Shown piece after piece: positions 32,547 to 43,583 of a stretch of 64,000 bases of DNA; position 1 is the first letter of the stretch, and every line of letters begins with the position of its first letter. Under the pieces are notes generated by a model, which did not search any database, had not been told where the DNA came from, and saw only the letters and a program-made list of their open reading frames with translations. The DNA comes from Auanema rhodensis. Lineage: Eukaryota > Animalia > Nematoda. The stretch covers positions 18,848,001 to 18,912,000 of the forward strand of contig OZ059895.1 in the NCBI GenBank assembly GCA_964057225.1, given 5' to 3'. A program made the position numbers and the translations under genes.

Positions 32547-33283
32547 TAAGAGAGACCAACCAATATGTATGTTTGCTACAGATTAAAAAAGTTTTGTATG
32601 TTAGCCTTCCTCTAATAGATTAGATTTTTCAAAATTCTACTAAAAATAATTTTCAATACTCTCAATACCATACGGAGCCTCTCATTGTTCTGTTTCGGAC
32701 ATTGAATACGGACTGCGGCCAATATTTGCTTTTCTCCTACCATTTTCGAGGCTGGTTAGCTGGCCTTTCTTGCTTCAAAGGTGTATAATAGAAGAACTTA
32801 TAATGTATTTAAACCAAAACGTTTATTATGGATATTAGCTGATTTACTTAAATCTTTTTTATGTTTTAAATGTGTGCAATTTTGTAAAATAAATATTGTG
32901 TAATTCTTTATATTTAAACTGTCTTCTTTCCTTCCGTATGCTGTATGCTATATGTATGCTGTATGCTGTATGCAGTCTTTCACAATGTTCGTTATCTGAT
33001 TTCTGTTGCCCATAATTGTGTGGAATCAATCATCAGTGTATACCTATTGTGGTACGCGCTTAGGCGAGCTGGCCACTAATTATTTGCGGGTTCGACTAAT
33101 ATCCATCTACGTATATATTGATTGACAACAACAAATACGACACTTCAGCATTCTGCATTTTGATTTTAAAAAGATATAGACTCACAATTATTTCAATGAA
33201 ATATACGTTATAGAAGAAATTTACTTACTTATAAAAAAATTTTTTATCTGCATGTTTTGCTTAACTATTCATGTTCAATACGC

Positions 33284-33291
33284 TGACGTGT
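33284..33291 (+). promoter_or_regulatory. UPRE/XBP-1-like site TGACGTGT
   Basis: ~120 bp upstream of the ile-1 (ERGIC-53) ATG; short motif, supported only by context. Confidence 0.35.
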
Positions 33292-33410
33292 CCAGTTTTA
33301 AGTCGGCGTGATTTTTGTCTTATCGTAGTTTTTTATTCGTCTAGTTTAATTATTTACTTATTGTATTTGTTATAACTTTGATGTTAACTATAAATTGAAT
33401 TATTTTAGCT

Positions 33411-35453
33411 ATGCGGCTCGCAACTATCATTTTATCATTAGTAGTGCTAGCTGCATCTCAAAATAGCCCAGTTTTCAAGAGATTCGAATATAAACATTCA
33501 TTCCGATCACCAAATCTTGCTCAAAGAGATGGATCTATTCCCTTCTGGCTTGTAAAACAACTTATTATTGCAAAAAAAATTATAAATATAACTCTAGGTA
33601 ACTGGAGATGCGATTGCCTCTGGAGAGCAACTTCGTTTGGCTCCATCCATGAGAAGTAGGAAGGGTATTACTTGGAACAAGCGACCAATGACCGAGAGTG
33701 AAAACTTCCAGGTTAGTATTTTGATACCTTATACAAACAAATTTTTCATTTGTTATTAAACTTAAAAGCAGTTTCTTTACACCTGTATATCTATTAGATT
33801 GATGTAAGCCTCAAAATTACTGGTCAAGGTCGTATTGGTGCCGATGGTATGGCTATTTGGTAAGTGCATAACGTTTAGTTTTGTGTTGCATCTTTCCGTT
33901 TTCCAGGTACACAGCTCAAATGGGAACTCTTGGACCTGTATTCGGAGCCAACGATTTCTGGAGCGGTATGGGATTATTCCTTGACTCTTTCGATAATGAC
34001 GGCCAAAAGAACAATCCTCAAGTTGCGGTTATGATGAACGATGGAACCCGCTCATACGATCATCACACAGATGGAGCTCAACAAATTCTCAATAGTACGT
34101 TTTTTGTTTTCATTATATGGAAGAGGAGATAATTCTCTGTTTTTTCAGGCTGTCAACGTGATTTCCGTAACAAACCCTACCCTGTTCGTGTTAGAATCGA
34201 ATATTTGAAGAATATTCTCACTGTTCATGTTGACGATGGCATGCAACAAGTTCCACGTTACGAACTTTGCATGAGGTTTGAAATTCAGTTTTTGAAATTC
34301 CTTATTCTGATCACCCAGAGTTGAAAATGTTTATCTTCCACCCAATGGTTACTTCGGAGTTTCTGCCGCTACTGGAGGATTGGCCGGTAATTGGTTTTCA
34401 AGAAAATTATGCTATTTCAACTATTTTTATCAGATGATCATGACATTCTTGATTTCTCTGTGTCTTCTCTCTTCACTGAACAACAGAAGCCAGTTTCTGC
34501 CTCTCAGCTTCCTCATGATGAACGCCAAAAGTATGATGCTGAATTTGAACGCCAGAAGAAGGATTTCGAGGATGAACGTCAAAAGTTGGATATTCTTAAT
34601 ATGTTCTTAAAGTTTATTTTAACTGTGTAGGTTCAAAGAACAACACCCTGAGAAGGTTAAGGATGATGATGAATTCGATGATCCAAACAAATATTACGAA
34701 GATGCTACTGCTAGAGAACTTCGTCTTATTTACGAGAGTCAAACCGCTATTCATCAAGTTCTCTTTCATATTCTAAAGTTATTTATGAATCTTTCATTCT
34801 AAGGTTATGCAACAAATGGATCAACGACTGAGTCAAATTCAACAAACTCAACTAAGTGGAGCAGCTCCACAACAAGGACAAGGTTAGTATATACATTTAT
34901 AGTATTATTTAAGATATAAAATTCTAGTTCCACCTGCTGCTGGAGTAGCTGGATTCCAACAACATGAAAAGAACGAAGTTATGCAATCTCTTAGAGATAT
35001 ATCTACTTCTATTAGAGATATGAAGCAATATGTTAATGAGATATTTACTAAAACTTATAATATGGAACAGAAGCTTGGCCAGGTTTGAAGATCTGTTCAA
35101 ACAATTTTCAAATATTGAATTTTAAGGGCGGCGGAGGACAGGGAGTCCCTATCGACACAGGCATGTCTCAGAAGGTTGATAGTTTAATTAATGAAATCAG
35201 AACTATCAGAGCCAACCAAGTTCCGGTATGCCATTGTAAAAACGTTTTGAAATTATTTTCGATATATTCAGGCTGCTGCTGGTGCTAACTGTCCAAATAT
35301 TAGCTGCGTTTCTTCTAGCCTATTCCTCACGATCATATTCATTCAAGCTTTGATAATTGTCACTGTAGTCTTCATCAGGTAAAATGAAATCTCGTATTTG
35401 TTAATAATCTCGTAAATTTCAGAAGTAAACCAGACAAAGCCAAATTCTACTAG
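33411..35453 (+). CDS. ile-1: ERGIC-53/LMAN1 L-type lectin cargo receptor
   Basis: Signal peptide; RFEYKHSFRSPNLAQRDGSIPFW, GRIGADGMAIW, FLDSFDND, GYFGVSAATGGLADDHD; TM segment and cytoplasmic KAKFY* tail. Confidence 0.95.
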
Positions 35454-35700
35454 GAAATGCATTAATGCTATTTATTGACTTAAAAACTACTTCCTGTTCC
35501 TAACAATGTTTCATTTGCATATCATCTAAGAAATTAATTGTGGGCTACCTGCGTTGTTTCAAAATTGGGTATGGTATAAGGCTTAGAGTGTTGTGATTTT
35601 TCATGTTGTTTTTTTTCAAGGTGCGAAGTATAGTAAATTATTGTTAACTAAAATTATTTATTGCTAGATTATCTTAGAAAATATTCTAAAAAGAAACATA

Positions 35701-37196
35701 TTATTTCACCCGTCCAACTAAGGCATCTAAGCTTTCGTGCAGTACATTTGTCACAGGCTTTAGTTGTTCATCAACTCTTTTAAAATTATCAATAATCTGA
35801 AAAAAAATATTTGTTAGTAGTGGCGATGATTCTGTCCAAGATACATTCTCTGCAAATTTGGATTCAAATATGCGAAATTCTTTGTCAAGTTGCAGTGTGT
35901 TGAGAATTTCTTTTAGCTTAGAAATGCTTTTGTCGTCCGATTTGCCAAAAGCATCCTGCAAGAAAAACTGTGAAAATCGGAAACAGAAAGAAAAAGAAAA
36001 TTCAAATGACGTACCGTCCATTCTTTTAAAAGCTCTTTGTGATTTTGTAACTTCTGAACTGCTCGTACAGTCAACCACGTGCATTTTCCGTCTTTTAAAT
36101 CTGTTCCTATTTTACCCGTAACTACAGGATCACCATATACATCAATAAAATCATCCTAAATGGAAAATCATCAGCTTATTTGCTTTAAAATTTCGACACA
36201 CACCTGAGCTTGGAACAGAAAGCCGATCATATAACATAATTTTCGTGCATCATTGAATCCATTGTTGACATCAGCTAACTAAATATGTATCCAATGATAA
36301 GCAAAACAAGAAAATACAGAACTAATAAAGCCACTTCAACGGGAAGGAAATATGAGTAATGCGATGTTTTGAATTGAACCAATTTTTCATATCTGAAAGC
36401 CGATTGATATTAAGCCTTAAAAATAGGAGAAAAGACCTCTCCCAAGTAAATGAGGCCATGCGGTGTTGAGTATCACTATCCATAAACTGTCCTAATACTG
36501 TGTTTCTTTGCGACTGAAGAAAATATAACACTGATGTTGCCATATAAAGAAACAACATACTCTGTTAAATGCATCCAATATTTTCTGTAAGTTAGGATGT
36601 GTAGGAATAACGTCACGAATAATTTCTTCAACGAAACTTTCGAGTAACAGAGCATCATTTATAGCCCCAAATCCTATATTTGGCTGAAAATTAAAAAAAA
36701 ACAATAATAGAAGAGAAACAGAAGACAACTAAAGCATTGCAGGTTCTGCAAATACCAAACATACAGTTTTATACCAGCAAGGTTTTCCTCGTCGAGTTTC
36801 TGATTCATCCATAATATCATCCAAAATAAGATAAGATGATTGAACCTTTAATAAATCTATGACAAAATATTACTTTTGATTCAATCTTCACCATTTCCAT
36901 TGTCGCAACAACTTGAGCAACTCTATCAATCTCATCAGGAGTAGAAAAAGGTTTTATAGCTTGAAACGTTTGAAGAGATAAAGAAGGTCGAGCATATTTA
37001 CCCCCAATCACTGTTTTATTAAAAACCTAGAATTCAATTAAAATAGAAAAGTTATTAGATAACTTATTACTACCATTTTTGACCTATACAAAACAATATC
37101 ATGTTCCATAGAATCAGCTGAGAATCTAGAGGAAGTTAAACTAACAAATCTCTGTCTTACTACTTTTAAAGCATTTTCTATCACAACTTTTCGCAT
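35701..37196 (-). CDS. fdps-1: Farnesyl diphosphate synthase family isoprenyl diphosphate synthase
   Basis: GGKYAR, first Asp-rich motif [60 protein letters not shown]. Confidence 0.92.
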
Positions 37197-37347
37197 CTGA
37201 GACAGGTGTATGTTTAAAGTTGTTTCATTTAGATCTAGATATATTTATAGCTGGAACTCATACCAAGTAAGATCGAGGGGAAAAGAACATAGTTTATTTA
37301 TAATGAGCAAAGTTTATAGCATATACAGTAAAAATTGAATTAATAAA

Positions 37348-39032
37348 TTAATCTTCCCATTCATCATCATCGCCCTCGCTGCTCTGGGAATCATCTTCAT
37401 TTCCTAGAACATGTTCCATTCTTCTTTTAAGAATAGCAGCTACGTCATTTTGTTCCGTGGCCACTCGTTCTGCTTCTTCTTCTTCTGCTCGACGAACTTT
37501 TTTCAGTTCGAACCCTTTTCTAATTTGAGATAACAAATCACCCCTAGGATCTGCTTCTCTTTGCTCCTCTTTCTTATTTTCCTCGCTCTAAAATAAATCA
37601 ATAAGCACATATTTAAATACAAAAAAATTACGAGAACAGAAGATACAGCAAAGGTAGCAGCATTTGAAGATGGAAGAACCAGGGGAGGTGGAGGAGGTGG
37701 AGGAGGTGGTGGAGGAGGTACCTGATATGTTTAATAATAAAATATAAACCTTAAAGAAAAAACATACCATTTGATTATCACTTGGAACAAACTGAATATT
37801 ATTCTGAGGAGGAGCTGGAATTTGCTGAACAATAGAAGTGTGCATAAGTGGTGGGGGTGGAGGTGGCAAATCATCATCGTCGTCAATAGATAACAAAGAC
37901 AAATCAGGAGGTGGTAAATCTCTCTGAAGAAAAAAATGTACTTAGTATGAATGCCTGCATATTAAAAGACCTTAATAGTTGTAGAACAGGGAGGAGGTTT
38001 GTTATCCATAGGTGGAGCATGCACACTCATACCGGGTGGAGGAAGAAGGGAAGAATTCGCTTGGAACTGAACGTAAACAGAACATAGACATGGTTACAAG
38101 GGGAATAATGTATACCTGTTGATATTGATTCTGCGGCCTTTTTAACTGAAGACCTATAGCTTGTGGAGCTTGATATTCCTCTGGGAAAGATAAAGCACCG
38201 ACTGGATTTCGAATGGAAGAAGTATATCTATAATAAACTTATTCTTGTTCAAAGAGGATGTATTTCAGACCTGTTAGTCGAGGGGCGAGCAAAATCTTGT
38301 TGCTGTTCATTAACTGCTCGTCGTTTCTTCTTCGGACTTTTATTACCATCTGTAGGAGATTTCACACGTTTTTTGGTGTCAACATCCTAGAAATAAAAAA
38401 ATAATAACAAAAGCATTGTAAAAAAATAAGAAACCTTAAGCATTTCTTTCCTCCACAATTTGAAGAAAAATGAAGGATCAGTATAAAATGATAATCCATT
38501 AATACTAGGATCATCCCTAACAAAAATGCAATTTTGAACATATAGAACATTCAATACTACCTATAAGGATTTAAAGCATCTAGATTCGGTGGACGATCAC
38601 ACTTTGTATACGCATCTGTTAAAGAAATTGGTAAAGTACTACGATCTAACGTATGCTGATCAACAAGCATTGAACTTTTGAATGCTTTTCTCATCTGAAC
38701 CTCCCCGAGAGTGGCTGAAATAAAATCAAATATAATCAAGAAATTAGAAAAACACAAATACTTTGTTCGTTATTTGAATCCAATTGAGAAACTTTGCTGC
38801 GTACTCGTTCAATACGTTGTTCCAGAACATTAGATTTGTGCTCAAGCTTCATGGCATCAAGATAAATTTCTCCAAAAATATGTTCAGCATGCTTGCTTAG
38901 TGAACTTAATTGTCGAATAAGATTGGCTAGGGTTCCGTTAGCAACACACTGTAGCTCATCGTGCTGAAGACCATAAGGAATTCTGCCTCGACTTACATTA
39001 ACAGGTGATACGGCTCTTTTCACCAGTGGCAT
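37348..39032 (-). CDS. wve-1: WAVE/SCAR actin nucleation-promoting factor
   Basis: MPLVKRAVSPVNVSR, ELQCVANGTLANLIRQLSSLSKHAEHIFGE, poly-Pro tracts, WH2 DLLSQIRKGFELKKV, acidic tail DDDEWED*. Confidence 0.96.
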
Positions 39033-39496
39033 TACCTGAAGAATACTGATAAAAATTAACTTCAGTTCATAAAGCAATAAAGAGAAAATGTAAAGAGCAT
39101 CAAATTTGCATTTGTCTATTCTTCAAACTAGTGCGGTTAACCTGAATATAAAAACAAGGTCATAACTTCGAGAGAACTTATAAAACCAGTTTATAACCTT
39201 TTGAAAAAAACACAATTTTAAAACGTATTCAACCTGGCATACACTATTCTATTATTATCATCATTATTAATAGCTAGATTTAAGTATAACTTTATGATAA
39301 AAGCATGATTCACTATGAATAAGCTTTAAAGTTGATGTTGAAGGACTGTATTTTTAGCATTAGGTCTTATGTATATTAAATTTATGTGTTAACACTGGTT
39401 CTTCAACTGTATTTAGAGAATATGATATATACAAAAGATATGGAATCGATTTGGCATTCTATTATACAATTAAAAAATTCCACTGAAAAATCACAT

Positions 39497-39524
39497 ATTA
39501 TATATATATATATATATATATATA
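39497..39524. repeat. (TA)n microsatellite
   Basis: TA run upstream of wve-1. Confidence 0.85.
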
Positions 39525-39739
39525 ACTGTTTTCTTCAGTAATGCCTGATAAATTCAATTTTTACTTAATTTTAAAATTCTATAACATCCAAAATAGTCAT
39601 CAAGATTAAATATATAGTTATAATTATTTCATATGCATGCTATTGGGTAGCGGATAGAATTTCAAATAAAACATTTATAAACACACTACATTGCGAATTA
39701 TTTGACCTATTGCAGTCGATTCAAATGGCAAATAGAAAC

Positions 39740-39850
39740 TCTAGAGCGGTGCGAGCGGTCGACGGAATTCAGGCGCCTTCTGCACGAGACCTAGCACGTC
39801 CGGACATACCCTCGACGCGTGTCACAAGTCAGAATCCTACCCGAGAAGCA
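39740..39850. promoter_or_regulatory. GC/CpG-rich patch, probable bidirectional promoter (wve-1 and the rbm-3-like gene)
   Basis: Locally GC-rich island in AT-rich DNA between divergent start codons. Confidence 0.45.
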
Positions 39851-39872
39851 AATTTTCTCTTCGTCTGTTAAA

Positions 39873-40609
39873 ATGGAAGCTCCACAACCACAACAATCTC
39901 AACGTTTTGCTGTTTATGGTTAGTGAAGTTTTTGTTGATAATATCGGTGTTCTCATTGGTCTCGCCTTCGAAAACTGTCCGATATTACAGGATTGTCTGC
40001 TCTATATGGCTAAGTATGAGAGTTAAAATGCTACGAGTAGCCCATGACAGGATGGAATAAAGGACTGATGTCTGAAGGAGCCGGTGGCACAAACGGTATT
40101 AACTTAACTGAGTGATGTCACTTGAATCAAAAAAATTGTGCCATTTTTGTTGTCCCACCATTAATCCAGGGATTTGTAGACAATTCCTTGTTGTAGCTTT
40201 CAGTTAGGTTAGGTTAGGTTAGGGGAAATGTTTCTAAGGCCTTCTAACTGCCTTCTCAGTTTGAGCTACTCTGGTTGTGGTTTTTCTAATTGTTCCTTAG
40301 GGCTGTTTCATCACGTTAATATATATTTTCAGTTGGAAATATTCCATATCAAACTAATCCCGAAGAAATTGCTATGTTCTTCGGTCAGGCCGGTCTTGTT
40401 TCTAACGTAAGGTATGTTATCGTTATCTTTGTTACATTTTTGCTATTTTGATTATTTATAGAATCATCTATGATCGCGATAACGGACGTTCCAAGGGATT
40501 CGGATTCTGTGAATTTGCCGAAGAAGCAGGAGCTAAGTATGCTGTTGATCACCTTAATGGTCAGGATTTCCACGGCCGTTCCATTCGTGTTAATTGGGCT
40601 AATAAGTAA
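39873..40609 (+). CDS. Single-RRM RNA-binding protein (rbm-3.1/3.2, R06C1.4 family), ~90 aa
   Basis: Exons 39873-39918, 40333-40411, 40462-40609; RNP2 VYVGNI, RNP1 KGFGFCEF, ends LNGQDFHGRSIRVNWANK*. Not visible in the ORF track. Confidence 0.9.
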
Positions 40610-40772
40610 ATATGCACGCATCTGTTAATCTGTAAACAAAGCAATTAATAAAAAATCTCTCCTTTTAACTGTTTAATTTCGCAATGGTAATAACCTGCAA
40701 TAATGTTGGGAGCAGCCACCTAAGAAACAAATCTTTCTTTAGTTGTTCGCTTTGAAGAGATTTATTCTAGCA

Positions 40773-42207
40773 ATGCCCAAAAGATCAGCTAAATCACCGG
40801 TTGGATTTGCTCGTTTTTGGCTTCGAAAGTTGTTTTCTAGGCTCGGCTAGCACCTATTTTTTCTAAGAAATCAAAGTCTGAAGTAGACGACGGAAGAGAG
40901 AATGATACAAAGATTACTGAAAAAGAAGAGATAGCTTCACCCGAAAAAATAGTTGATATTGTTACAAAAGATAAGAACAACATCTTGCCGGTTACTTTTG
41001 CCAAATTGCTTATATAACTATCATAAGTTTGGTTCAGGCTGCTCCTATTTTCCCGAAGGAAAAAACTGAGAAATCGGAATTGGAAGATGCGGAGAAAACC
41101 GACGCAGATAACGCTAGCGAAGAAGAAGTAACGAAGTCAAAGAGTGTTTCTGAAACTGACAAGAAAGAGAGACAGTGGACATTTCTGAGTTGGAACGTGG
41201 CTGGATTACGTGCGATTGCAAAGGTGAAGTTCACGTTCGCTTTGATATGTCTTTTTATATTTCAGAAGAACAGCCACAAAGAATTCAATAAAGAAAAGGC
41301 TGATATCTTATTTTTTTCTGAAATTAAATGTAAGGAATGGCCTGTAGATCTAGAGAGTGATTTCAAGGTTTGTGATTTCATGAAACTAAGATATTTTTCA
41401 TTTTTTAAAGAGTTATCATAAGACATTAGTAGTTTCATCCGAGAAGAATGGTGGATATGCTGGAGTTGCTCTTCTAAGTAAAATGAAACCTTTAAAGGTC
41501 TTTTATAAATATTTTCATATAATATCAATCTTATGTTAAGGTGTGGAAAGGAATAAGTGATTCTGAATTTGATAAAGAAGGTCGTATGGTTATTGCCGAA
41601 TATCCCAATTTTTATTTTATTGGATGTTATGTTCCAAACAGTGGCAGAGGTCTTGTTAATCTACCAAAGAGAGAACAGTGGGAAACCCTATTTCTCAGTA
41701 AAATTAAAGAACTTGATGAGAAAAAGCCTGTAATATATGCTGGTGACTTAAATGTTGCTCATAATGAAATTGGTAACCTATATTATTATTTTGTACTTCA
41801 TTGTGTTGTATTTAGATCTTGCAAATCCTGCATCAAATAGAAACAAAACACCAGGCTTTACTGATCAAGAAAGAGAATGGTTCTCTAATTTACTCAATGC
41901 TGGATTCAAAGTTACTTATTTAACTTTTTTGTTTGAAATTTGGAAAAGTTTTAGGATAGTTATCGTGAGCTCCACCCCGACGGCAAAGATTATTCCTTCT
42001 GGAGTTACATGGGAGGTGCTCGTTCTCGCAACATTGGCTGGAGATTAGATTATTATGTGGTTAGTAACAGAATTATGGAAAAGGTATGTGTTTCAATTTC
42101 AATTTCATGATCTCATCTCAAGTTTCTTTCAGATTTCGAAAAGTGAAATCCAAACCGATGTCATGGGTAGTGATCATGCTCCTGTATATTTAAGTATCAC
42201 TATCTAA
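40773..42207 (+). CDS. exo-3: AP endonuclease (ExoIII/APE1 family)
   Basis: SWNVAGLRA, GGYAGVALLSK, EGRMVIAEY, YVPNSG, GDLNVAHNEIDL, GWRLDYYVVS, MGSDHAPV. Confidence 0.95.
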
Positions 42208-42299
42208 GCTGTGTCATATACGTTGATTGAGATCTCATTTTTGTTGCTGTACATTGTGAACAATTTGCATAGTAAATCAATGGTCCTCGACAATTTTTC

Positions 42300-43150
42300 T
42301 TATTCGCGTAACCTGGCAAGCATTCTCTCTACATCGTCCTCAGCTGACGTTGATCCTGGTGCCATGTTATCATTCACTTTTGGCAAGTTATAAAGCTGAA
42401 AGAATAAGACAAGTAATATCGATGACATTTGATATTCACTACCTTCTCATTCACTTCAATTCCAATTTCATCCAATACTTGAGAGACAATTCTGTTCTGT
42501 TCTTCCTCATCACCCGGCTCATCAAACATGCTTTCTAATGTGCTATTAATCATCTAAAACTTTATATTAAAAATGTAATACAATAATAGTACTACTTCTT
42601 CACTCATATCCATCTTATCTTTGGCCATTTGAAATTCTTTCATATTTTTAGCCATTGCCGGTAATGGGTTTAGTTTATCAACAGCTTGCATAGTTTTCGC
42701 TGTACTTGCCATGACACCAGCCATACGATTCATGCTGTACATGTTTCTTTGAATATAAAAGGGTTATCATATCATATGAGGTAGAGTTCTCACTTGTTTT
42801 GAAGTTCAACTCCTGTAAGATTAGCACTCATTTGGACACTCTTAGTACGTTGATTACGCATGTTGACTAATTGCTTAGCAAGCTTCGCACATACTTCTTT
42901 TTGACCTTGTTTGGCATACATTTTAATTTGAGCTTCCTAATCATTAAACAAAGGGTGTTCCATAGAAGAATGAGTAAAAGTTACCAATTCTTTTTCTCGT
43001 CGTTCCATTTGTCTTCGATCGCTTTCTAGTTCTCGATTAGCTTTACGAACAATTCGGGTATTCGCACGCATTTCCTCTTAATTCATAAAAAGTATTACTG
43101 AAAAAAATAAAAAACATACCCTTTGGATCTGGCTTATTAAACCAATTCAT
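42300..43150 (-). CDS. ESCRT-III subunit, CHMP2B-like
   Basis: Snf7 fold: RELESDRRQMERREKELEAQIK..AKLAKQLVNMR; MAGVMASTAKTM; C-terminal MIM1-like DVERMLARLRE*. Confidence 0.88.
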
Positions 43151-43583
43151 TTTGTAAAATATGTACAAGATATGAAGATAGAAAAAGTGACTGGATGACT
43201 GTCTTTATACACAAGAAACAGATGTGTGATGAGTCAGCAGTTGTTATATAAAATGCTTTTGTTATTCTCCGCCCCTTTGTTGAAACTGTGCGCTCTTTGC
43301 ATACGATTCTTCCATGGTCTTTGATTCCAGCATTAGCAAATAATCTGATGGTTTGATAACTGATATTAATTTGGAACCTATGAATGGTGTCTATAAACTA
43401 TGGTTTTTAACTAAGTTTTTGGGCATTGGTGTTTTTCCTCTTCAAAGCAAAACAGAAAACATGTAATTGTATTCACTTCGATTCAATATTGAGGTTTTAT
43501 GATTTATTGTGAAAACAAATAATCAACAGACAACATTCGTTAACAAACTGTTTGACAGCGAACTTCGATTTATATAATACAGC

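Noticed and set aside
33045-33100. tRNA or Pol III gene (GGTTCGACT B-box-like, upstream GC hairpin)
   Set aside because: No T-arm stem, cloverleaf or acceptor stem can be formed.
40204-40225. Telomeric repeat or telomerase RNA template
   Set aside because: The repeat is TTAGG, not the nematode TTAGGC, and on the transcribed strand it is the G-rich sense rather than a C-rich template.
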